DNA of 63,452 nt, the filler included, from Platydemus manokwari (lineage: Eukaryota): assembly GCA_037951405.1 (NCBI GenBank). It is 6 parts of 6 records of this genome, joined end to end, with 100 filler letters (N's around TTAATTAATTAA, not from the genome) between each part and the next. Parts side by side here need not be neighbours in the genome. Positions count along the whole stretch, not along the records: positions 53,478 to 63,452 come from JBBMOY011182878.1; 5 more parts are not named here. One strand, given 5' to 3'. A model generated the notes under the pieces. The model was not told the DNA's origin. It worked only from the letters and a program-made list of their open reading frames with translations, and searched no databases. The position numbers and the translations under genes are program-made. Below are positions 53,478-63,452 of the stretch, one piece after another; position 1 is the first letter of the stretch; every line of letters begins with the position of its first letter.

Positions 53478-55869
53478 CCAATAGTTATTATTATTGCCAT
53501 TAGACATAAAATTATTATTACTTAATTCACGTGACTGTTGGTTTTAATATTCAGTTTTTTGATACTGTTTTTAAAAAATTCATGAGGTTTAACAAATTTT
53601 ACCAACAATAAGCTCTAACCTTGTCGATTAAGATTTATAACCCGTTAGTACTATTGGTTAGAATAAATTTCATGATTGAACAGAGCTTGGTAAAGAGAAA
53701 ATGTGATCGATTTTAAAATATAATTTTAGAATGCACTGGATTCGGTCTTCCAGTTGTGAAACTGGCCATAAACAGACTTTCGATCACTGGCACACATAAT
53801 CTTCTCTCATGTGTGAAATTATGAAATATTGGAGTAATTACATTCTTACGGGAGTGATTGTGTCTTGTTATTATCGTACCAGTAATTATCGTATTGTGAC
53901 TGTCAAGGTTGTTTTAAGTCCTTATAATTTACTTGATGAATCATTCGTAGAAGTTCTCTGCGATTATTTGTTTAATGCGTTGCATATATGTTTTTCATAT
54001 CAACATTTATAACAGCAAAGAGAATTTTTCGTTGAATTAAGTTTGGTATCTTAGAGAAATTTTCTATGATTTAATTTATCGTCTACGTTTAAAATAGTCT
54101 AATAATTTTAGACATGAATATTTAAAAAAATCAAATTTATCAAGTGTTTTCATACATCAATACATAATGAAACAGATATTTACGATGATTGCCAGATTAT
54201 TGTATTTAATAGATCCTTTCACGTTGCTAACAATACTCTAACCCCCGATAAATACAGAATTATTGGTACAAATAAAATCACAAGGGAAAATTTCATAAGA
54301 TGAAAAATAAAATAATCACGATTCCATTAATAAAAACAGAATTGATTAAAAATGAACCAATTGAATTATACCCTGGTGGTACCAGGTTTAAATACAAAGC
54401 ACGAATAACTGAACAACGGCAAAATATTGAGAGACTGAATTTAAAACATATTGTGAATTCTTTTTGATAAATGAAGAGAAAAATAAACATATCTGCAGAC
54501 AATCCATAATTGATATTAAGAATTATTTGATAGAAAAGGCGAGACTTATATCAGAAGTGTGTAATTTTTTGGTTCAGTTAAAAACAGTAATAGAGAAGAT
54601 ATTCTCGCAAAACTGGTCGCTTCTCTTTTTCAATAATAAATTGTTTATGAGAAATAGTTTGTGAGTACCTGGTATAGTAATTGAAAATAATATTTTATTT
54701 AATTGCGTTAGAGTTCTGGTTTATTCAGATAATAATAATAATTTTAAGGAAACCCTTTCCCATATTGTTGGGGTCCAAAAGAATCGAATTTTGCAATTTG
54801 TATTTCACTAAACTTTACTAGTCAATGCGAACACGAATAAATTAATAAATCAATTAATAAATCAATTAGTAAATCAATATAAAACAGCGACATAAAACTT
54901 GGCTTTCAAATGGAAGTAGAACATCTTTACATCAGTATTCATAATTGATATTTGCGTGTAATTGTTTTGTATCACATTTTGATTTGATCTTTAATTTCTC
55001 CACTTTATTGGATTTATTGATTTTTGTACGCTCGGATCTGATCAATCATTATGTTACTGTGTGATTATGTCCATTTTTCGAATTAGAATTTTCCATTTAA
55101 GTTTTCTGTGATTGATTGGTTGGCATGCTTGTATATAGTTGTGTTGGCTTGAAAATGCTTAAAGTGATAAAATAAGGATTCCAAGGTGAAAATATGTTTA
55201 TTTTTTGTTAAATTTCGTCTCTAATAAACAATATGTAATTATCATTATATATACTTTTCATAACGATCTTTATTTAGAATAAGGCTGTCAATTCAAAGTC
55301 CTGAATAAGAAGAATTGTTTTGATATCAATTTTTTTTATTAACTTTTATTAGAAAGCTACTTTTCTACTAATCACCATTATATAACAAACAAAACTTATG
55401 CTGTTAAGTTTCTATAAACTTTAACTCAACAAATATGTTAATTTAATATCTATTTATCAAAACACGTTTTCCTAAACACTTTCTCTTATCAAGATCATAA
55501 TGGCATCATCAACAAATAATTCCACTCTTATTCAATATTTAAATCGAATATTTCATTTATAGAAAGAAACTCCCAGAAAATCCATGTCTTCGAGTTGTAA
55601 TTTTAGTGAAATAATCGTATAATCATGATCGACAATAACATGTTTCAATTTTGGTAAAAAATTTGTAATTAAATCTTGTCATTCAGTAAAAAATTAATTT
55701 TTTATTCCGAAAATCTTTTCGAACTGCATTTAATTTATATGTTGTAACGGCTTAGATATGTGATTGAGTTTTTTAAGTGACTATCTACACAATGGTTTCT
55801 TAATTCCTCTCTTATTGATCTTCGTAGATATTTCTCTTATTATAATTTTATATTTTAACTTTTTATAAT

Positions 55870-56170
55870 ATAATTCAGTTAATATCTCACTTTTTAGGAT
55901 GTCAAATACGCACAAAACAGTTTTAAACCATGTTACTATTCTAATCAGACTTCTAAATGATTATTTGAGTTTTTAATTTTAAATTTTTATAATTATAAAT
56001 CGAGTTAGTTAACTACAGATATGTTTAATAATATCATTGGTTATTTTTATAAAATAATTGTAAAAGTTGAAAGTTTCTCTCAAGTTGTTTCTAATGTTAA
56101 AAAAGAGTTTCTCTCTAATTTTTAATAAATTGCAGTCCGACTTTTTATCGATCTGTTCAAAATTTTTCAC
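55870..56170 (-). repeat. Copy of the dispersed repeat at 26440-27040
   Basis: CAGATATGTTTAATAATATCATTG.TTATTTTTATAAAATAATTGTAAAA and ACAGTTTTAAACCA match the reverse complement of ~26640-26940. Confidence 0.8.
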
Positions 56171-57679
56171 GGAATAAATCATAATTTTACTCATGAACAG
56201 GTGTTATTGTTTTCCACATTATCAAGGAGAAATTATTTATTTCCCATTCTTTTAATCCTGGTCGAATGCCATATATTTCTATGAAATTAAATTTTCTCAA
56301 CTGGTCACTAGTTTAATTCATTCCTCATTTGATTCATTAGTCTGGTTCACAATGGGGAATACCGCCAAGATCCCATCAATTATCGTGATTCTTTTTGGAT
56401 TGAAATTCTCATTCCATTCGTAATCTTCTAATTATGAATGACGTTACTCGGATTTCATTTCACAAAAGTAAAAATATCAATTTGGTATTCTTATTTAGAG
56501 TTACTAGTAGGAAATAATAAATACAAAATTTGTGAAAGGATTTCGTGTGTAGAAACAAAAACAAAATTACAATTAAATATCACATGAATACAGCATTTGT
56601 CTCGATGAAATGGAACCATAATTAAAAGAGATAAAAGCATTAATTTTATTCGTCACCTCAATGGTATCCAACAGCCTATATGGGACAAGTGCATCAATTA
56701 ACAAATGGAACATTTCCCTTTATTGACTGTTGTTGCCAACATGAAAAATTATATCAAATATTTTCCAATGACTGTCTGGATATGAATGGATTTTTGCCCA
56801 CGCAATTGGTATCGGGAATCTCATAGCCCAAAATTAATCGACCGCATTTCAATTTGATCCATTTTTCGGTCGGCACAGTTCTCATTCAGATACACACAAA
56901 CACACACGCACGACACAAAATATTTTTACATTCAATCTAAATACCATATCAGCGTGCCGGGATACAAAAGGACACACACACACACATACACTCAATCGGC
57001 TGTAAATTGTGATGTACAAATACAAAAGATGATTTTTGAAAATCGGCTGAGTAAACAATGAGTCATAATTGATTTCTGAAATAATTGATCTGATAATTTT
57101 ATTTCATATGGATTTTATGAGTCAATCGCACGAGTGAGTTATTTGGGATTTATATGATATTTTTAAATAGTTTCAACAATTATCGATTTATTAACTCATG
57201 GAAAGTTTTTATTTTTCCCAATTGTCATTGACATTCGAAATAAATATCCATCCAAATTCCAGATTGTTTTAACTGACGGTAACTTATGTTGTAGGCTCTC
57301 ATTTCAAGAAGTGTCTGATACTTGATAGTTGGCTATAATTTTCAGATGCTTAATTCGGAATGATTAGGTTTCAGTAAACAATTAATCTTTTCCGTCACAG
57401 TGTATCAGTGAATGATATTTCAAAAAAATATTGACAGGCACTTTGGCGTAAAATAATGGATTGTCCGATATCTAGAACGATAGAAAAAACGAATTGTTTG
57501 GAATTCTTTTAGATTTTTTGATGGTCAATTTTGTAAGTTGAATTTAAATCAAGTTGTTCAAGAATGGTTTTTCTCCAATTTTTTCCATTTCTTTAATAGT
57601 GCTTATTTAGTGCTTATCTTTTATATAGTGTATCATTACATATTGTCTCTAAAAATGTATACAATTAATAATTTATTGA

Positions 57680-58650
57680 ATCAACAATCAGTCAATGAGA
57701 GATTGATTTTTATATCATTTAATTGTAATGGATGTTTCATACATTCAACATATATGACTTGAAGATATTGCCATCCATTTCTAGATACGGTTTTCAATAT
57801 CTGTGAATTAATGGATGTGAATGTTTTATTCTGATCAATTAAAACACCAGCTATTAGCAAACGAGGAGAAATTTTGCTACATTTTTTTAAACACATGCTG
57901 TTCGTTCGGAGTTATTTAAACCATATTTATTTTGCAGAATTTTATGAATTTAAAACAACCAGGATAGATTTTTGAATAAAAATGCCATCGTCTTTATTTC
58001 GTGATAAGAACGACAAGTTGATATTATCAACACATGGTAAATAAAACATTTAAAATGATAAAACCATTTTTTTACTTGGAATTATTAAATCACAGAATCT
58101 ACTATTTCATAACTTATTAATGTGATTATATAAGAATCCATGATTCCTCTAATGGAAAACAGATTCACCTTGTTATACTATAGAATTTTATATCGGACTA
58201 AAACACTTTCAGAAAAAGTTTTTTTTAATTTTTTAAATTCATTGTGTTATGATCCTTTAATCATTAAATCTTAATATTTTGTGTCTAATGCAATGGTTTT
58301 TAACCAATATCCGAAGAACGCATGGGCTCCAAAAGCCACTTATGGTTAAACGTTTTTTCCAGTTAGACGAAAGAAGAAAGCAGGGACTGTATCTGCAACA
58401 TTTTAAGTGCATGATTGCATCCTTTACGTTTTTTCTACAAAACGCATTTTCGGTTGCTTGTCTTAAGTTCGTAAAAATGAATAGCTAAAGCTGGGAAGGA
58501 CATTTTCATTCACGCTTATTGTCAAATATCGAGTGTAATACGAGCACACGTTTATTACGAAATCACTTTTCAGTGCACATAAAATGTTCCTTACCAATAA
58601 AATGTTGAAAACACTGGTAGTTATTAAAATTACTGGAAAGCTCAAAATAG
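57680..58650 (-). mobile_element. Degraded Penelope-like reverse transcriptase remnant
   Basis: The minus strand near 57975-58010 reads FLSRNKDDGIFI, similar to the W.RY.DD.F active-site motif. Upstream and downstream fragments (VINVCSYYTRYL; GVLIDQNKTFTS) fall in the order expected for PLE RT. Confidence 0.4.
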
Positions 58651-58870
58651 AAGATTAACATGAACCGCAATCATCTGTTATTATTTCATCATTTATTATC
58701 ATATTTGATACAATACATGTGATGTGTAATTCATATCACGATAATTTATTAAAAGTTCAGTATAACGACATTAAGTATTCTGTGATTACTAAAAAATACC
58801 CCAAAAAGGATTAACCAGAAAAAAGTATTTCATAGTTGTTATATAATGAAAATAAAAATACAGATATTAA

Positions 58871-59120
58871 CACATTGACGGACAGTAGGAACAAATGAAG
58901 TTCGAAATTTAACACTATATGTTTTTGTAATTTTTAGAATATTAGAAGTATAGTTTTACTTTTTCTGCCTAAATAAACTTAATTTTGATTAATTCAGCAC
59001 CTTTAATTAGGTTGCGTCTATAACCGTCATAGGGTCAGCGGATTCCAGACACTAAGTAATGGGTCTATGGCGGCTGTAACTTTGCTTTGACGGTTATAGA
59101 CGCAAGTGTCCGTCAATGTG
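58871..59120. mobile_element. piggyBac-type MITE (250 bp), same termini as 11963-12240 in opposite orientation
   Basis: Same 13-bp TIR and TTAA duplications (58867-58870, 59121-59124). Contains a perfect 18-bp internal inverted repeat at 59012-59029 / 59088-59105. Confidence 0.9.
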
Positions 59121-60737
59121 TTAAATATATTCAAGAGAATATATGTAATACTATTGTAATGCAAAAATATAGAGTGCATCACATTGGTGCCCGGACAGTC
59201 CTTTCAAAAAAATGACAGTGGTAGACAAAAAATGGAAAAGCTTATATGATTTTCAAAGACCACAAGGCTAGAAATAATCATGGATCTGTGATTACTTAAA
59301 TCAATAATAAAAAGCTTTCTTATTAACAGACTAATTGAATGAGTTTTCTTGATAATAGAATAGTACACTTGTCTCAAAATTGCAAATTAGCTTCTTGCAA
59401 AAACGTATAATTTCACAGCTTCTCGTAAATTAAGATCAAACGGTTAAGACGGGAAATTGTGAATTAAATTTGTGATAAAATTTATAAATTGGAAAGTTTT
59501 TAAATCAAAAAATCGAATGATTAGTGTCACTTATTAATATACTATATGCATGTTGACGTGTTTTATGCGTCATGTATTTATTTTTAGTAACATTCCATGG
59601 TCAGTATCATGTTTTATTACTTTTTGTGTGTTATGTATGAGTTACTTTTTTTAACTCAAATTATTTATTTTAAGTAAAATGTTATTCTACTTTTGGACAT
59701 GACATGACTTCAATGTACAGATATTGATTGAATTTTCCTTATGACCTTGAGGTCGATCAAACAATTTCAATTTTGATGTGACAAGTAAAATTTTCAAAAA
59801 TTTTATGGATATTTTTTTGTAAAATTTATTTATTTTATTTAAAAATTTTTATTATATATATCTACTCATCATCAAAGATGAAAGACAGTCAACATAAATC
59901 AAATCGTTACAATGATCAGATTACCAAATATTTTGAATATAAGGATCGGTTCATCAAATTTTCATCAAATGGTCACTTAGAGTCTCTTCGGCATTTCTAA
60001 CTTATTATCGGAACTGGGAATGATTTACATAGATGCCTTTATTTGGTTTGCTAGCCAGCAATGGTATTTTTAATTTTTTCCAATTATTTTGTCACTATAC
60101 ACAGTGATTTGAAGGGTTAAGAATTTAAATCGTTACCAATATTATGAGTTTAACGTGTATATTTTGTCTTTTTTTCGGGATTTCGAGGTTTGTAGAGACT
60201 TTATAAATATCCCTTCGTTTTATCTCATTCATAGTTTATTTCGGATTTTTTCTAACATCGCTCTGACGCCAACTTAACCTTTTAAATCATCAATTCTCGT
60301 TTCTTATAAACGTTTTTCATTAATTTTAGCAGTTATTCCTAACGCAATTTTCACTTTTCCAGTCGTATTTCATTGGAAAATCACCATTCTTAGTAATAAT
60401 TGAGACAAGTTTGAAAATAAATTGAAAATGTTTCATTTCCAAAAATATTACGGCGGAACGTTTTAGAATACTTTGTTACATAATCAGCTATCTAAATGTG
60501 AAATCAAATAATAACAATAATAAGCTCCAATAACAAGCATAATTTGTTTCATTAATAATTTATTAGACTGATTAGTTTTTGTTTAAATTTGTTGTCCAAA
60601 TAGAGCTCGTTTGATTTGATTTGATTTGATTTTTATTTGATTAAAAAATCCCATAATAAATGCTTGTCACAAATATGATAATATTACGCTATTTATTTAA
60701 TTGGATTTACAGTTCGTATAATTATATATTCATACTG

Positions 60738-60741
<4 letters not shown>

Positions 60742-60770
<29 letters not shown>
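60742..60770. repeat. (TA)n microsatellite
   Basis: Direct reading. Confidence 0.95.
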
Positions 60771-60772
<2 letters not shown>

Positions 60773-61849
60773 CACCACGTGTATTTAAGTATTATTTTCG
60801 ATATTAATATCTTAATAACAATATAAAATTCTTTATGTAGTTCAAATTAAAAATTATCAATGGTAATAAGAAGGAAGCTCAGGATAGACAGGTTAATATT
60901 CATGAAGTTTTAGGTGAAGTTGTTGAAATCATTAGTGTTATTTCATTAGTATTACTAAACTAATTCTAGGAGCACTTATTATTTTAAGATCACTAAAAAT
61001 TATCCAGCAAAGCAGTCGAATGTAAAAGTACTTATCTGGAATAATACAACCGTGTAAAGAAATTACAATCTATTAAAACATCCAAGAAAATTTTCATCAT
61101 TTGTTGTCTTCTTTCACAAATTTATTTAAGAGTCTTCGATTATTTTAAAATAAAATCCACAATTCATCAAAAAATGCTGTACTTGTTTCTCAATTGAAAT
61201 GACGTTTCTTATCCAATTTGGTCGATATAGATAAAATTTGGTAGCCGAATTTATTCAGCTGATCTTTATGAAAAAATTAGGATGTATTTTGGTTTCAACA
61301 ATATTTATATTAAGAATACATTTGATATGAAATATTGCAAGATTATTGGAGCGACTTCATACAAGGATATATATCAATAAATCATCTAATACCAATAACG
61401 TTTAAACTGTTCAAAACATCAAAATTTATCCACCGACCAATCAAAATAGACTAACTAACTAATGATTTTCCATGCATTATTTATTATTTAAAATTAATTA
61501 ATAATGATATTTTATCATATTTTGACTTAAAATTAAAATATTTATGAAAAAGAATCGAAACAATAAAATTCAATCAGAACAAAATCACAATTTAATGTTG
61601 ATTTATTGTTTAAAACATAAAGCAATATTTTTGTTTGTCTTTAGAATTGACACACCTCGAAATAGAAAGGAAAACACATCAAGAAATCATTAAATTTTAA
61701 ATATTTAGTTTTATTTTTGATTTTTTTAAATTATTTTTTGAAAGTTGATTTACTTGTTGATATATTGCATTTTGTGATGTCAAATAGGAACCAAATATAA
61801 TGGAAACCAAGCTTCTATTTTAATTATAACTCTTCTGTATGATATTTTT

Positions 61850-62240
61850 AGTTTTTAAATTTAAATTAAAAAAAATTTTTAAATCAAGTTAGTTAATTAC
61901 AGATATGTTTAATAATATCATTGTTTATTTTTATAAAATAATTGTAAAAATTTTAAGTAGCTCTCAATTTGCTTCTGATCTTAAAAATTGGTCCTCGCTA
62001 ATTTTCAATAAATTGCAATTCGACCTACTTTGATGCGTTTATCAAATAATCAAATTTTAAGAGATTTTGAAGCTCTGATCTATTTAATATTTGATTTCAA
62101 ACAACTAAAACTCTTCTAAAGTACTCCAATAAAAAATTCAAAATGTTTTTAAAGAATATAATTAAATAAACTATATAGAATTTTGCAATACACTCAATAA
62201 ATTAAAAATTTTATTTTTTGATCCCTTCTTTTAATTTTAG
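61850..62240 (-). repeat. Copy of the dispersed repeat at 26440-27040
   Basis: CAGATATGTTTAATAATATCATTG...AAATTGCAATTCGACCTACTTT...AAACTATATAGAATTTTGCAATACACTCAA match the reverse complement of ~26440-26830. Confidence 0.85.
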
Positions 62241-63380
62241 CCAACAAAAGTTACGCGATTACACATGAATTTTGGTATCATTAATAAATGATATTTGTCA
62301 TTGATTATAAAACAAAAATATAAAGACATCCGCAGGAACTTAAAGAGATTTATAAATTCATGTAAGGATTAGTTTCCATCAATTAATTCATAAAAATTAA
62401 AAGTGAGTGTACACCAATTCAAGCATGCTAAATGACGCTGCGTATTCTAAAGTCCTTTTCTTATGAAAAGAAGAGCCGCCCGAAGTAATTTCGATAATTA
62501 CTTTGAAGACAAAAATTTTAATCAATTTGCGATATCCAAATTTAGGGCAAGGAAAGAATTATAAATCTCATAAATTATTAGTTATTTTATAATGTAGCTA
62601 CTTTTAATTGATTCATATTTTATGTTATTCTAGATTTTTCGGAAGAAATATTTTTCTTTTCATGTGGAAAATATTTTATATATTTTGTGGTGAGCTAGGT
62701 AATGAGGTACATATGTAAATAAATATGCTTGAGCCATTGTTTTGTCTATATGAATCGAGATAACCAATGAAAATACACCAATGTGTTCCTAATTTTAATC
62801 AGACCATTAAATCCTAAAGCAAAGATTATAACTGCAGATATGCTATATACAAATAATTTTATGTTTTGGGTTAACAGTCGATCAACTACTTCATGCTCTC
62901 TTATAATGCCTTATTTAACAACGTTTGAAAATTCTATAATATTATCAGTGTTCTCGAATTCAAGTGTCATCTGTCAATTCAAGTTATATTTTTTTGCTTA
63001 CTGATGTTTACTTACTGTTTTATCCGTTTTACTATACAATTCTAACGCAATTAAGATAATTAATTTTATTTCTCTTTAAAGGTTCCACATTTCAATTAAC
63101 TCCGACTCTTTTATTAAATATTGATATTGAGAGAGATATAAGAAGTTCAACACAACAATACACTTGACAACAATATTAAATAATTATCTAAGCGGTATTA
63201 TTCATAATTTTACATTATTTATGACGATTAAATCTTTTAAATCCTTAAACCCCTTTTTCTTTAAAATCTTTAATTTTCCACAAGTTTTTTGTTATTTACT
63301 CTCTATTTTCTTTAGAATTATCTTTATCCGTGTACCTTATCTTTAAATTATATATAAAATCAACTTAATATAGGAAGTTA

Positions 63381-63452
63381 TTAGGCTGAGTCAAAAGTTA
63401 TTCATGTTTTTTAGTTGTTTAAAGTTTTTGTTTTACCAAATCATTTAAACAT
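63381..63452 (+). mobile_element. mariner-like terminus at window end
   Basis: TA|TTAGGCTGAGTCAAAAGTTATT resembles the TTAGGTTGGTGCAAAAGTAATT-type mariner TIR. Confidence 0.5.

Overview
Very AT-rich, intron-containing animal genomic DNA, most likely a planarian/triclad flatworm. This is inferred from composition, 41-60 nt introns, the orphan GPCR type and the transposon spectrum. The window is not one locus. It is six ~10-12 kb contigs joined by artificial 100-nt spacers (N44-TTAATTAATTAA-N44), so adjacency across spacers carries no meaning. Four protein genes are supported: an internal fragment of a Trio/Kalirin/UNC-73 RhoGEF (minus, spectrin repeats plus start of DH1), an internal fragment of virilizer/VIRMA (minus), a complete 13-exon ENOSF1/L-fuconate dehydratase-like gene (plus, 438 aa as spliced by hand) and an intronless rhodopsin-like orphan GPCR (minus, 313 aa). 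The rest is transposon debris (NeSL/R5-type RLE retrotransposon end, Ty3/Gypsy, Penelope-like RT, piggyBac-type MITEs, mariner and pogo/Tigger termini, a possible Polinton/virus-like remnant), dispersed repeats and satellites. I did not find a convincing new biological system. The best leads are two piggyBac MITEs with shared ends but unrelated interiors, an orphan ORF next to a penton-like remnant, the insertion site of a site-specific-type retroelement, and a Trp-to-Cys change in a conserved ENOSF1 motif. All family assignments are from recalled motifs, not database searches.
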